DNA from: a virus
Lineage: Duplodnaviria > Caudoviricetes
IMG/VR virus record: IMGVR_UViG_3300035661_000005
Direction: 5' to 3' (one strand)
DNA length: 64,000 nucleotides
A program made the translations under genes and the position numbers. Below the pieces are notes generated by a model that was not told where the DNA came from, made no database searches, and worked only from the letters and a program-made list of their open reading frames with translations. How positions within the stretch are numbered: position 1 is the stretch's first letter; every line of letters starts with the position of its first letter. Of this stretch, positions 20,392 to 31,202 are shown piece by piece.

Positions 20392-21524
20392 GCTACGACC
20401 GCAAGCTCGATCAGGTCTGCTCGCACTACGTCGTGGACGAGCCCCTCTACATGGACTTCGACCAGATGACGATCCGGCCCATGCGCCCGGTCATCTCTGG
20501 GGCCTCTGTTCGTGTCCGGGTTGACGGGGAGACCGACGTCCCGTCCTACGGGATGCAGATCGCTCCCAATGTCGTGGGGTCCAGGAATGGCCCATTCACC
20601 GTGAAGGAGGGGGTCAACGACATCCTCGACGTGAAGGTGAATCAGGGTCCGACCATCCACATCGTCCTACCGGCGCTCACGGCGATCCCGATGGATCAGC
20701 TGGTAAGGCTCCTGTCCTCGAAGGTCCCTGGTGTGCAGTTCTTCGTGTCGGGTCGGCGACTTGGTTTCCGCAGCATCTATGGCGGGCGGGCATCGTCCGT
20801 CAGGATTCTCGGTACGAGCACCTTCGCGGCTACTGCGGGGATCGTCGCCAAGGAGTACCGGGGGATCGACAGGTACCCCGGCTGGACGATGATCGTGGCG
20901 CCTGAGCAGACGACCACGCGGCCGATGCAGTACATCGTGTTCGATCGTCCACTCAAGAGCTACGCGGATTTCGTGGAGATCTCCTACACGACGGCCCAGC
21001 AGGATTGCCGTCGGTGCGGGGGCCTCGGGATCGAGAACGACTGGCTCTACGGACGCACGGGAGAGGTCATCCAGGTCCGGGACGAGGCCCTGTTGATCCA
21101 GGAGTGCATGAAGCTGTTTTACACGGACCAGGGCAGCAACCCTTTCCACCCGTGGTACGGCACGATCCTCTCCGAGCAGATCGGTCGGAAGATCCAGGTC
21201 GGTGGGGTCATCCAGAACCTGATCACGGCGGACATCTCGCGGGCGTTCGGCGCTTGGCAGTCCATCAAGCGGCAGCAGGAGGAGAAGATCAACCAGCCTG
21301 TTTCGGACGAGGAATTCCCGTTCAGGCTCATCAACGTCAACGTGCAGCAGAGCAGCGCGGACCCGACGGTCTTCTTTTTGACGGTCAACGTGCAGAACCG
21401 TTCGCGCAAGCCGTTGCAGATCAGGCGGGGTGTCCGGGTTCCGGAGCCCTTGAATCTATTTGGGGACACCCAACAGCAGGGCATCCTCCGCCAGTCCCTT
21501 CGGGGCTACGTGCTCACCGGGTGA
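20388..21524 (+). CDS. Baseplate wedge / sheath-initiator protein with a C-terminal gp25-like domain
   Basis: LIQECMKLFYTDQGSNPFHPWYGT matches the GPW/gp25 pattern. It also carries VCSH and CRRC motifs and precedes the baseplate J-like gene. Confidence 0.65.
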   Translation: MSYDRKLDQVCSHYVVDEPLYMDFDQMTIRPMRPVISGASVRVRVDGETDVPSYGMQIAPNVVGSRNGPFTVKEGVNDILDVKVNQGPTIHIVLPALTAIPMDQLVRLLSSKVPGVQFFVSGRRLGFRSIYGGRASSVRILGTSTFAATAGIVAKEYRGIDRYPGWTMIVAPEQTTTRPMQYIVFDRPLKSYADFVEISYTTAQQDCRRCGGLGIENDWLYGRTGEVIQVRDEALLIQECMKLFYTDQGSNPFHPWYGTILSEQIGRKIQVGGVIQNLITADISRAFGAWQSIKRQQEEKINQPVSDEEFPFRLINVNVQQSSADPTVFFLTVNVQNRSRKPLQIRRGVRVPEPLNLFGDTQQQGILRQSLRGYVLTG

Positions 21525-21527
21525 TCG

Positions 21528-24500
21528 ATGGCAACCGCACCGCAGTTCTACAATCGGGATGGGTCCGGCTACACGTCGAACCTGGTCTTCACCACGAACC
21601 AGGACAGCGTGGTGCTGACCGGAAAGCTCGGCACGGATACCGCTGCGGTGCAGATCTCCATCAACGGAGGCACGTTCGTCTCCGATCCCGATCTCATCAA
21701 GCTCGACCTGAACAACTTCACGATCCCGAACCTGGCGGTCTACTCTGCCGGTCTCGCCTTGGATCCTGGAACGAACACGATCACCCTCCGGGCGATCGAC
21801 GTGGTCGGGGGCGTGTCGGCTACCGCGACGGCGACCATCACGCGGGTCGATCAGGTCTCTGTCAACGGCGCCGACATCCCGTCCGGGGTCAAGGTCAACC
21901 GCCTACGGGACAACGTCGACATCCTGGTGGCGTACCCGAACGCCTCGACCAACTCGACGGTCACGGCGGTCTTCCTCGGATTCAACCTGTACGCCTCTAC
22001 CGCACCTACGGGCTCGACGGGCTACTACAGGATCAACGAATCCCTGATCACGGACGCGAATGCGACCTACGAGGAGACGGTCTACGAGAGCCTGACGGAG
22101 AAGGCCCTCTGGAGCAACCCGCACCTCAAGCAGATCAGGGTGCGGGTCACGGAGGAGGACTACTTCGGCAACGAGCTGGCCGAACGGCTGAACGTCCTGG
22201 AAGACGCGCACACGTTCTTCTTCAAGAGCCGCTTCACCTCGACGACCGAGCACTACAACCTCATCAAGTACGCGGTTTTCCGGCACAACAGGAATTCGAC
22301 TGCGGGCACCATCAACTCCGACCAGTGGGCAAACACTCCGGCGACGGACCCCCTCTACTACGTGGTGACGGCGATCTACTACGACCCCGCCACGGCCACG
22401 GAGATCGAGACGCCCTACAGCCAGGAGGTGCTTGGGACGCCCCTGACGATCGACACGGCCATCCAAGACCTTCCCGGCCGCACGCAGACGCAGATCGTCA
22501 CGGACTACCTGGGTCTCGTCGTCCGGGTCAACGCCGAGATCAGCCTCATCCCGGGGTCCACGACGCGTGACGTGAGCGTCGATCCGTTCGCCTCTGAGGC
22601 CGAGCGTGTATGGTTCCTCCTCGACTTCGTCCACCGGAGCCAGAGTTTCCTGACGCTCCTGGCCATCGATGACGCGAACGGGGATGGGGTGAGCGATCCC
22701 GTGGTGTCGAGCGCCTACAAATCGGCCCTCCAGTCGGCCCTGGGCTTCACGACGAGCCAGGCGACGCAGTCGCTGATCGACACCCAGTTCAACAAGCTCG
22801 CGGGCAACGTCCAGAAGACCCGGCTCCCTGGGAGGTTCGCGGTCGGGCAGGCGGTCGTCTACACGCCGACCAAGCCGGCGACCGACCTCATCGTTTCGGC
22901 GGACTCGATCGTCTCGACGGACGCCGACACTGTCAACAACCTTCCCGTTGCCCGCTACCGGGTCGGTGGGACGTACACCCTCCCGGCCGCCACGGCGGAC
23001 GCCTACTACAACTTCGACACGAAGCGCTACGAGCTGATCGTCGACATCGTGGCCTTGGAGATCGGTTCCGCGGGGAACCGCCCGGCCAACTCGATCAAGA
23101 ACATCACCGGCGTCTCCGGGGTCAGCGTCACCAATACGGAGGCGACGGTCTTCGGCGAGGATGTGGAATCGAACGCTGAGCTGGCAGCCAGAAGCATCCT
23201 GGCCTTCCCGTCGGTCGATACGGGCACGGAGATGGGCTACGCGATGACGGCCGCCGAGCAGACGGGCGTCATCAAGTCCAAGATCGTCAAGTCCGGCGAC
23301 CCGCTGATGATGCGCGACTGGGACGACGTGCGAAAGAAGCACATCGGCGGCAAGGTCGACATTTGGGTCCAGGGGTTGCGGGAGCGGCAGGTCACCGAGC
23401 AGTTCGCCTTTGCGTTCGAGGTTGCCCGGGACATCCAGTGCAGGATCGTCGACGTGGCGACCCTCACCTTCCGAGTCCTCGACTCCCGGGTGACGGCAGC
23501 AACCCCGATCATCGAGATCCTCAACAACCCTTCTCAGGGGCTAGGGGTGCGCAACGCCACCCTCGGGGAGGATTACGACCTGACCGGCGTGGTGGTCCAG
23601 GACTACCAGACGTTCCGGCTCAACACGGCGATCCCTCAGCCGGTCACGGCGATCGACGACATCGTGCTCGCCGACTATCGCTTCCGGTCGCTCAACCAGT
23701 TCGTGATGACCTACCAGCCGGTGCGGCGGATCGTGTCCATCATCGGCGAGATCTCCGGCGCGCTTTCGGCCTCGACCAACTACGGCCTCTACAAGACGGG
23801 CGACCCTCTCCTGGAGGGTGAGAGCACGATCGCGAAGGACTACGTGGCGATCAGCCAGGCGGCGGGCGTTCCAAGCGGGACGCAGATCACGGTCAATGAT
23901 GAGCTGCATGTGCTCATCGGGTTCGTGCAGGAGCCCCTGGACGCGATCGGGATTAACACCAAGACCATCCGGGTCTTCAACGCGACCAGGACTGTGGAGT
24001 ACACGGGGCCGGAGGGTGCCATCCCGGACTTCGACATCATCCAGGGGACGGACCGGACGCCCCCGAAGATCGTGCGTACGGCGGCCTCGACCATCATCAG
24101 CGGGCAGTCCGTCTCCGTGGACTACGTGAAGGACGAGAACTTCACGGTCACCTACGTGATCAACGACGTGCTCCAGCAGCTCCAGGACGTGGTCAACCGG
24201 CGGCGACACGCGACGGCCGATGTGCTCGTGAAGCAGACGGTCGAGAACGATGTGGATTTCGAGACCACGGTGCAGCTGAAGTCAGGTGCGACGAAGGACA
24301 ACGTCGATCCCGCCCTCCGCACCAACGTCTCCTTGGAGCTGAATCAGCGGGGGATCGGCTACGGGATCGCCCAGTCGGACATCATCCACGCGGTCGATGC
24401 GACCACGGGGGTCGACTACGAAGTCGTGCCCCTTGCTCGAATGGCCTACGCTGACGGGTCCAGGCGTATCCGGGAGGGTGTCCTCTCCAACAACCACCCC

Positions 24501-24965
24501 ATTCCTTCCTTGGACTTCGGTGCCCAACGGGTCTTCATCTTGACGGACGCCCTGACGGCCCCGACCACGGACAACGGGGGCTACGCCACGGAGCACAAGG
24601 GGGTCTTCCAGGACGAGATCGCCATGACCCTGGCGGAGTCCGTCGCCCTCGTCGGCTACCAGGCGAACCAGGCGTACATCATCGGGTCCGAGGGGGCGGT
24701 CATCCTCGGCTACTCGGACGATGCCACGCTGATCGCGCAAGGGTACACGGACCCGGCCGACATCGTGACGCAGCGTCTCAAGCTGACGGCCAACCACATC
24801 CTGGTGGCGCTACTCAGCACGGGGACGCCCCCGGATGTTCCCACCAACCATACCTATGCCTGTTCGTATGTTGTGCGGGGCGATTCCGGCGCCCACGACA
24901 TCTCGGCGGCTGACGTGGAATTCTTGAATCTCGGGAAGCTCACCGTCACGTACAGGAACGGCTGA
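21528..24965 (+). CDS. Baseplate J-like (T4 gp6-like) wedge protein
   Basis: LIPGSTTRD, GNRPANSI, GEDVESNAELAARS and GKVDIWVQG are baseplate-J family motifs. Confidence 0.75.
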   Translation: MATAPQFYNRDGSGYTSNLVFTTNQDSVVLTGKLGTDTAAVQISINGGTFVSDPDLIKLDLNNFTIPNLAVYSAGLALDPGTNTITLRAIDVVGGVSATATATITRVDQVSVNGADIPSGVKVNRLRDNVDILVAYPNASTNSTVTAVFLGFNLYASTAPTGSTGYYRINESLITDANATYEETVYESLTEKALWSNPHLKQIRVRVTEEDYFGNELAERLNVLEDAHTFFFKSRFTSTTEHYNLIKYAVFRHNRNSTAGTINSDQWANTPATDPLYYVVTAIYYDPATATEIETPYSQEVLGTPLTIDTAIQDLPGRTQTQIVTDYLGLVVRVNAEISLIPGSTTRDVSVDPFASEAERVWFLLDFVHRSQSFLTLLAIDDANGDGVSDPVVSSAYKSALQSALGFTTSQATQSLIDTQFNKLAGNVQKTRLPGRFAVGQAVVYTPTKPATDLIVSADSIVSTDADTVNNLPVARYRVGGTYTLPAATADAYYNFDTKRYELIVDIVALEIGSAGNRPANSIKNITGVSGVSVTNTEATVFGEDVESNAELAARSILAFPSVDTGTEMGYAMTAAEQTGVIKSKIVKSGDPLMMRDWDDVRKKHIGGKVDIWVQGLRERQVTEQFAFAFEVARDIQCRIVDVATLTFRVLDSRVTAATPIIEILNNPSQGLGVRNATLGEDYDLTGVVVQDYQTFRLNTAIPQPVTAIDDIVLADYRFRSLNQFVMTYQPVRRIVSIIGEISGALSASTNYGLYKTGDPLLEGESTIAKDYVAISQAAGVPSGTQITVNDELHVLIGFVQEPLDAIGINTKTIRVFNATRTVEYTGPEGAIPDFDIIQGTDRTPPKIVRTAASTIISGQSVSVDYVKDENFTVTYVINDVLQQLQDVVNRRRHATADVLVKQTVENDVDFETTVQLKSGATKDNVDPALRTNVSLELNQRGIGYGIAQSDIIHAVDATTGVDYEVVPLARMAYADGSRRIREGVLSNNHPIPSLDFGAQRVFILTDALTAPTTDNGGYATEHKGVFQDEIAMTLAESVALVGYQANQAYIIGSEGAVILGYSDDATLIAQGYTDPADIVTQRLKLTANHILVALLSTGTPPDVPTNHTYACSYVVRGDSGAHDISAADVEFLNLGKLTVTYRNG

Positions 24966-25780
24966 TGGCCCGGTTCACTGACGATCCGAACAGGTTGAAT
25001 TACACCACGTCCCAGACGGGGCGGGAGTACAACCTGCGGCTTCTTCAGCGGTCGCAGGCCATCTTTTCGCAGCTCCTCAACCTCCTACCGAGCAATTACA
25101 GCTCGTCCATCCAGGGGCCAAACTACACGACGGAGGCCAAAGCAGTCGCCGTGGAGCTGGCGCGTCTTGAGCTGGCCCTGGAGGAGGTTGACCGGGATCG
25201 GGACTTCTCGAAGACTCGGGGCGACTTCCTCTACAGCATCATCGGCTACTTCGTGTTCCTCAACGGCAAGCTCCCCGAGCTGCAGTTCAACGACACGGAC
25301 TTCCGGAACGTGCTCCTTAGCCTCATCCGGATCTACTTCCAGGGTAGCATCCCGGAGTCGCTGGCTGATGTGGTCAAGCTCTTCATGTCGGCGGACGTCA
25401 CGGTCACCGAGAACTTCCTGCTCGTGCGACAGGGGAAGTCTGGGCTCGACATCTCCGACGATTTTGGCTTCAACATCGACGTGACGATCCCGCTTGTCGG
25501 GGGTTTCCCACCCTCGGTCTTCGAGGCGGACGCGACCATCCGGCAGATGATCGACATGGTTCGGCCGGCGCACACGCTCTACCGGATCCGGTACATCTTC
25601 CGGGACACGTACATCCCGACGGACCCCTCGGGCAAGATCGTGGACGCCATGCGCTGGGCCATGCTCACGTACAACTACGACGACTTCCGGTCCTATTGGG
25701 CGGGCTTGCGGGACCGTGACAGGCTCGGGCGGAAAACGAACACGGCCGTTTCGGCGGAAGATCACTCGGGAGACTTCTGA
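24965..25780 (+). CDS. Baseplate wedge protein (P2 gpI / gp7-like)
   Basis: FRNVLLSLIRIYFQGS...VKLF...VTENF and MVRPAHTLY patterns; it follows the J-like gene as gpI homologues do. Confidence 0.6.
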   Translation: MARFTDDPNRLNYTTSQTGREYNLRLLQRSQAIFSQLLNLLPSNYSSSIQGPNYTTEAKAVAVELARLELALEEVDRDRDFSKTRGDFLYSIIGYFVFLNGKLPELQFNDTDFRNVLLSLIRIYFQGSIPESLADVVKLFMSADVTVTENFLLVRQGKSGLDISDDFGFNIDVTIPLVGGFPPSVFEADATIRQMIDMVRPAHTLYRIRYIFRDTYIPTDPSGKIVDAMRWAMLTYNYDDFRSYWAGLRDRDRLGRKTNTAVSAEDHSGDF

Positions 25781-28700
25781 TGTCGGTCTTCGACCAGGCG
25801 ATCTACACGAGTGACCCCGCGATCCTTCAGCGGAGCATCTTCACGGACAAGGGGCCGATCGCCCGTCCTCCGCTGACGCTTCGTTCCGGCTCGGGCGCCT
25901 CCATCGTAGACGCGACCACGATCAACATGCCGGGGGGCCTCTTGTCCACGGATGTCGTGGGCCGTTACGTCCGTCTCGTGGGTTCGACCTTGAACGACGG
26001 AGAGTACCTCATCACGTCGATCGTGTCCGCCACGCGCCTCAAGGTGAGGGCGAGCTTCACGGTTCCAGACCCCTCGGTCATCGCTTGGACCATCTACAAC
26101 CCCCGTGATGGGGAGATCGCCGACGATCCCAGTCACGTGGTGGTGCGCGTCAACGGTGTCCCTACCCCCGCGGAAGCAGTCATCGGCCTCCTAGGCCAGA
26201 TCGTCCTACCCTCCGCACCGGGGCCAGCGGACGACGTGAAGGTCGACTACTACTGGGTACGCAACCCGACGATCGAAGTCGTCCGCTTGAACAGCAAGGA
26301 GTTTCGGTTCAACAATTGGAACCGGGACCAGGGGCGGCCGACCGATGCCTCAGGGCACAAGTACCGCTACAACAACGTCCTCATCACGTCGAGCGCCTAC
26401 ACGCCATCGACCTCCATTCAGGCTGGTACGGGGGCCACGGTCGTCAACGCGAGCACCATCGACCTCGCGGGGGCCAATGTACTCGCAGGCTTCACGGGCC
26501 TGACGCTCCAGCTACTGAGCGGGACCACCTGGACCAGCTGGCGGATCGAGTCCGTGGTCAGCTCGACGAGGGTGACGGTCAGCCCGGGAGTCCTCGTCGG
26601 CCCGTACACCACGTGGAAGATCGTCGATCGCCAGAGTGCCGATGCTGCACCCTACGGGCAACCGACTGAGCGAAGTCTGCACTACCGGGCCTTCGAGCGG
26701 GCGTACACGCCGGTCTTCAACGACCCTAACCTGCTCGTCTTCAACAGCCCGAACCACAGGATCGCCTACCCGCCCCTCCAGCGGCAGATCGACCCGACCT
26801 TCGTCTCCTATCAGCCAACGGCCCTGCCGGAGAACGACCCCACGGCGCCTTGGGCGCGGGTCGGATCCGGCACGGCCTCCACCGTCTCGAACGAGCTGGT
26901 CGTCGGAGACACCATCGGGTCAGGTCCGACCGGGCAGATCTTCTGGACGCGGGGCATCGATCTGACGTTCCCGCACGTCTTCGCCATCGCCTGGATGATG
27001 ACCCTCTACGCCACTACGGCCACGGAGGGGGTATTCACCGGCATCGCCGCAGGCTACGCGACGGACCTCCGCGTTTGCGTCGTAGGCTTCTTGATCGACG
27101 GTGGGGTCAAGAAGTTCGGCGTCCTCAAGAAGGGGCATGGCAACGACCCCAGCACGATGGATGCGTGGGTCGCCACGGCGGAGATCGATTGGGACACCCT
27201 CCACAGCTACCGAATCTTCCGGGCGAAGGACGGTACGGTCACGGTCTTCGTCGATGGGGATGTCCTACCGACCCTGACGGTCCACGAGGACGATCTACCC
27301 TACCTGGCGGAGCTGGACGCTCCCTTCGTGGCGGCACAGCAGGCCTTCTGGGGCAGCATCTCGACCCCGGCCGTGAACCTGTCCATATGGGACTTCGTTC
27401 GATACCAGATCCTGCCGCTCAACCCGTACCAGACGGCGCCCAGTTCGTTCGCGAGCTACGAGGGGACCACCATCCCAGAGGATGCGCCCCAGCCCTGGAC
27501 CCCGGTCGGCTTCCATGGGACCGAGACGATCCAGGCGGACAACTTCCTGCTCCTGGACTCCACGAGTGCTACCGACGAGGCCACGGAATCCCAAGTGGGC
27601 CTCATGGGAGGCGACTTCCGGGGCTACATGCGGATCGAGCCGCTTCTCTCGGCGGCCTCGGAATTCTCCTACGACATTGACTTCCAGGGGCGTACGGAGA
27701 CGCACGGGATCGCGCCGAATGCGATCATGGCGGCGGTCGACGACGGCAGCTTCCTAATCCAGCTCTCGTTCCTCACGGACAAGCCGGCTCCGAAGTTCAG
27801 CTATGGCGGTCGGGTCCTTCCGGAGGATGCAGCGCCCGTCCCGTGGCATTCCATGGGTGGCTCACCTGCTGCCATGATCGGGAGACTCCTGCGGATCTCG
27901 GACGCCAACACGATGGACGGCCGGGTCTACTACGTGGACGACATGGAGCTTTCCACGTCGGCGAACCGCGTGGCCTCCTCGTCGAACCAGTACATTTTGG
28001 AGTCCCGTTGTCAGGTGCTGTCCTACACGGTTGACCCCTCGGGCTTCGCGGGGGCCTTCGGTTCGGTTTACGATAGCGCTCGGTCTCTGGGCTTCATGCT
28101 CCTCGACGTGGGCGGGGTGCGCTCGGTTGCCCTGCATTCGGAGGGGTCGATCGTGGCGACCTTCCCCTTCGAATGGTTCGACGGGGAACCGCACACCTAC
28201 CGCCTCAACGTGACGCCCGGAGCGCCGGGGAACGTGGCGCTTCTCGTGGATGGCGTGCTGATCGGGACGGCCTTCTACACGGACTTCGGGGTGCCACCGG
28301 CCAGCGTGACGGGGCTCTACTCGTTCGGGTCGGCCACGCCCGCCAGCATGCTCGCCGAGAGCGTGGTCGACTGGTACTACACGAACGTCTGGCGGGTTTG
28401 GCCCTCCAAGAGGCGCTACGTTGGCCTTTGGCGAGGGACCGACCCGACCAGCCTCACGGGCTACCACCTGCCCCTGAAAGCCGCTGGGAGGGACGCTGGC
28501 GTCGCCGGCAACGTCCTCACGGACCCGATCGCCAACTTCCTCTCTGCTGGTATCGTCCCTGGTGACCTCCTGGTCGTGGACTCTGGTGACAACAAGGGCA
28601 CCTACGAGATCTCGGCCGTCATGGCGACCCAGCTCGTTGTGAACGTGGCGACGCCCTTTCCCGTCTACCCGGAGACGGTCAGCTACCGGGTGCCCAAGGA

Positions 28701-29892
28701 GACCGACTGGTCCACCTACCATCGCTACCGGATCGCCCGGTTCCCGAGCGGAGGGGTCAGCATCTTCCTCGACACGGAGCCCACGCCGCTCATCGAGGTC
28801 GGTTACAACCAGATGGACCTCCCCTCCCGGTACGTTGGCCTTCCAGTCGTCATCGCTGGGGGTCTTCCGGCCATGGTCTGGGGTGCGCTGGACCCCACGA
28901 ACCTGTCCCAGACGAGCTGGGACTACGTGCGCTATGGGATCATCCGGCCGCCATCGGAGATGCAGATCGCACCGCACCACCAGATCCTGAATCAGCGGAA
29001 CGTGATGGGGAGCCCGGAGCACCTACGCACGACAATCCCGCACGCCCACACGGACTTCTGGTCGAGCAACACGGGGATCCCGCCACAGACGGCGCCGGAC
29101 TTCTACACGAACCCTGGGCTCACGGCGTATACGAAGCTGAACGAGGGGACGCCGCTGGTACCCTCGACGCAGACGTCCGAGGTCCGTGGGCCAACCCCCG
29201 TGCGGGAATTCATCGCCTCCTTCAACAGTCCTGGGAAGCTGCTCAACTCTCAGGGCTTCACGATGAACGATGGGGCGACTCAGTGGAGGCTCCTCGTGCC
29301 CGACGACGTGCTCTACAACTCGCTCCAGGTCATTACGGAGTCGACAGGTGAGGACGGGCACATCGCGCCCTTCAACGATGACTGCCAGCCGGATTTCGGT
29401 ACGATCTACTACCAGAAGCGCGTCTGCCTGGAGTACGACGGCTCGGTCCTACCCGAGAACGCGCCGGACCAGCCGACCCCGTGGGTCATGGCGGCGGACA
29501 ACCCGATCCACGTGAACCGTTCGGCCTTCTCGGGGGTCCTGACTTTCGGGACGGACCCGACGGGCACCAGGGCGGTCTACCGGAATGCGACGCCGCTTCC
29601 GGACGCCCCTGGACTGATGACTCAGATCACCTTCCGCATGAAGGTCGTCTCCGACGCCTCGTTCGGCCTGGGGGACTCGCAGGTGCGCCTGGGCTTCTCG
29701 GCCATCGGTATGACCCTGTCCTTGGCGTTCGTCACCTCTCCCATCGGTGACCGCTACGTCCTCGTAGTCGACCAGAATGCGCTCGTGGTGCTAGGAGGGA
29801 TCCGATTCGATTGGCTCGACGGTGCCTTCCATACGTATCGGATCACCAGGGATCCAGGCGCCGCCCATGTCTCTGTTTCGGTGGATAGCTGA
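25780..29892 (+). CDS. Tail-associated protein with four lectin/LamG-like repeats (1370 aa)
   Basis: Four (S/E)Y.G..(L/I)PE....PW starts and four W....H.YR(I/L) motifs. Confidence 0.6.
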   Translation: MSVFDQAIYTSDPAILQRSIFTDKGPIARPPLTLRSGSGASIVDATTINMPGGLLSTDVVGRYVRLVGSTLNDGEYLITSIVSATRLKVRASFTVPDPSVIAWTIYNPRDGEIADDPSHVVVRVNGVPTPAEAVIGLLGQIVLPSAPGPADDVKVDYYWVRNPTIEVVRLNSKEFRFNNWNRDQGRPTDASGHKYRYNNVLITSSAYTPSTSIQAGTGATVVNASTIDLAGANVLAGFTGLTLQLLSGTTWTSWRIESVVSSTRVTVSPGVLVGPYTTWKIVDRQSADAAPYGQPTERSLHYRAFERAYTPVFNDPNLLVFNSPNHRIAYPPLQRQIDPTFVSYQPTALPENDPTAPWARVGSGTASTVSNELVVGDTIGSGPTGQIFWTRGIDLTFPHVFAIAWMMTLYATTATEGVFTGIAAGYATDLRVCVVGFLIDGGVKKFGVLKKGHGNDPSTMDAWVATAEIDWDTLHSYRIFRAKDGTVTVFVDGDVLPTLTVHEDDLPYLAELDAPFVAAQQAFWGSISTPAVNLSIWDFVRYQILPLNPYQTAPSSFASYEGTTIPEDAPQPWTPVGFHGTETIQADNFLLLDSTSATDEATESQVGLMGGDFRGYMRIEPLLSAASEFSYDIDFQGRTETHGIAPNAIMAAVDDGSFLIQLSFLTDKPAPKFSYGGRVLPEDAAPVPWHSMGGSPAAMIGRLLRISDANTMDGRVYYVDDMELSTSANRVASSSNQYILESRCQVLSYTVDPSGFAGAFGSVYDSARSLGFMLLDVGGVRSVALHSEGSIVATFPFEWFDGEPHTYRLNVTPGAPGNVALLVDGVLIGTAFYTDFGVPPASVTGLYSFGSATPASMLAESVVDWYYTNVWRVWPSKRRYVGLWRGTDPTSLTGYHLPLKAAGRDAGVAGNVLTDPIANFLSAGIVPGDLLVVDSGDNKGTYEISAVMATQLVVNVATPFPVYPETVSYRVPKETDWSTYHRYRIARFPSGGVSIFLDTEPTPLIEVGYNQMDLPSRYVGLPVVIAGGLPAMVWGALDPTNLSQTSWDYVRYGIIRPPSEMQIAPHHQILNQRNVMGSPEHLRTTIPHAHTDFWSSNTGIPPQTAPDFYTNPGLTAYTKLNEGTPLVPSTQTSEVRGPTPVREFIASFNSPGKLLNSQGFTMNDGATQWRLLVPDDVLYNSLQVITESTGEDGHIAPFNDDCQPDFGTIYYQKRVCLEYDGSVLPENAPDQPTPWVMAADNPIHVNRSAFSGVLTFGTDPTGTRAVYRNATPLPDAPGLMTQITFRMKVVSDASFGLGDSQVRLGFSAIGMTLSLAFVTSPIGDRYVLVVDQNALVVLGGIRFDWLDGAFHTYRITRDPGAAHVSVSVDS

Positions 29893-29894
29893 CC

Positions 29895-31124
29895 ATGTAC
29901 GGAAGATTCGGCCTAGACCCCCTCGGCTACTCTCCCTACGGCGGCGGCGTCCTGTCGTTCCGGGTTGTCGGAGCCACCGCTCTACACCCGTACGCGGTCG
30001 TCGTTCAGTTCAACTACCCGATCGATGTCACGTACGCGCCGTACCTGGACACGGCCAACTACACGATTCCCGGCCTGACCGTTTCTGGGGTGGTCTTCGA
30101 GAGCCAGGTCGCGGTAAGGCTCTTCACCTCGGAGCAGCTCTACGACGTCTACACGGTTACGGTCGGTCAGGCGCAGGCCCTGAACGGGGTCCATCTCGAT
30201 GTCCTCTTCAAAGAGGCACAGTTCACGGGCGTCAGCGGCGGGCCGAAGTTCTACGCGGTGGCCTTGACGCCGAACCGCGTCCGTCTCGTCTTCAGCGAGG
30301 CCATGCGTCAGGACGCAAACCTGACGGACCCGACCAACTACACGCTGAAGGGCATCCAGGGCGGGGTGATCGGGATCGACACCGTCACGGAGGAGCAGTC
30401 GACCAACGTCCTCTCGCTGGTCCTGACGACGACCGCACCGCTGCACACGACCGACTGGTACGCGGTCAGGGTCAGCAGTGATGTCAAGACCATCTCTGGC
30501 CTGTCGATCGAACCGAACACGCAGGTATTCCAGTGGATTCAGGCGCCGCTTCGAGCTGAGATCGGCCTCGACAAGTTCACGGGAGAGGTGCGGGGTGGCC
30601 TCTTTGGAACCCCCGAGGGCCTGGTCTTCTTCAGCCCGGCGCTCGATGTCCCAGCAGCCAACTCGGTCATTCAAATCGACGAGGTGGACGTCTGCACCCG
30701 GGCGTTCGACGTCTACACACCCCCAGAGATCCCGGATCCTCCGGTCCTCTTCACGTACAGGGCGGGTGTCTCGCCCCCGGTCATTGGTGGCGGCTGCGTC
30801 CTATGGGCGCCCCTGCCGCGGCTTTCGGAGGCACGGCTCGACCTTGCGCTGAAGCCCTCGGATGTAGTACGGCACGCCGAGGATGGCCCGGCGGCGTTCA
30901 CCTTCCGGGAGCCCTGGGATCATGCGTACGTCTCGCTCCTGAACAACCCCGCCTGGAGCCTATACGACGGCACCCTTCGGACCGGGCCGGCGTACACCTT
31001 CAAGACGGCGTCGAACTTGGCGCCCATCCCCCCGGGGCCGAATACGACGATCGTCGTGGAGTCCGCCACGACTGCCGCCATGTCCGCCGACTCCCAGGTC
31101 ACGGGATCTCTGCAAGTCGCCTGA
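29895..31124 (+). CDS. Structural protein with two Ig-like (SbsA/CopC-type) repeats
   Basis: AVVVQFNYPID...DTANYTI and RVRLVFSEAM...DPTNYTL. Confidence 0.55.
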   Translation: MYGRFGLDPLGYSPYGGGVLSFRVVGATALHPYAVVVQFNYPIDVTYAPYLDTANYTIPGLTVSGVVFESQVAVRLFTSEQLYDVYTVTVGQAQALNGVHLDVLFKEAQFTGVSGGPKFYAVALTPNRVRLVFSEAMRQDANLTDPTNYTLKGIQGGVIGIDTVTEEQSTNVLSLVLTTTAPLHTTDWYAVRVSSDVKTISGLSIEPNTQVFQWIQAPLRAEIGLDKFTGEVRGGLFGTPEGLVFFSPALDVPAANSVIQIDEVDVCTRAFDVYTPPEIPDPPVLFTYRAGVSPPVIGGGCVLWAPLPRLSEARLDLALKPSDVVRHAEDGPAAFTFREPWDHAYVSLLNNPAWSLYDGTLRTGPAYTFKTASNLAPIPPGPNTTIVVESATTAAMSADSQVTGSLQVA

Positions 31125-31202
31125 TTTTTCAGCCGTCCCACGTGGTCCCACAAGCCGGCGAGGTTCCACTTATCGGAGCCCCACTGTTGCAGAGGAGATC
31201 GC

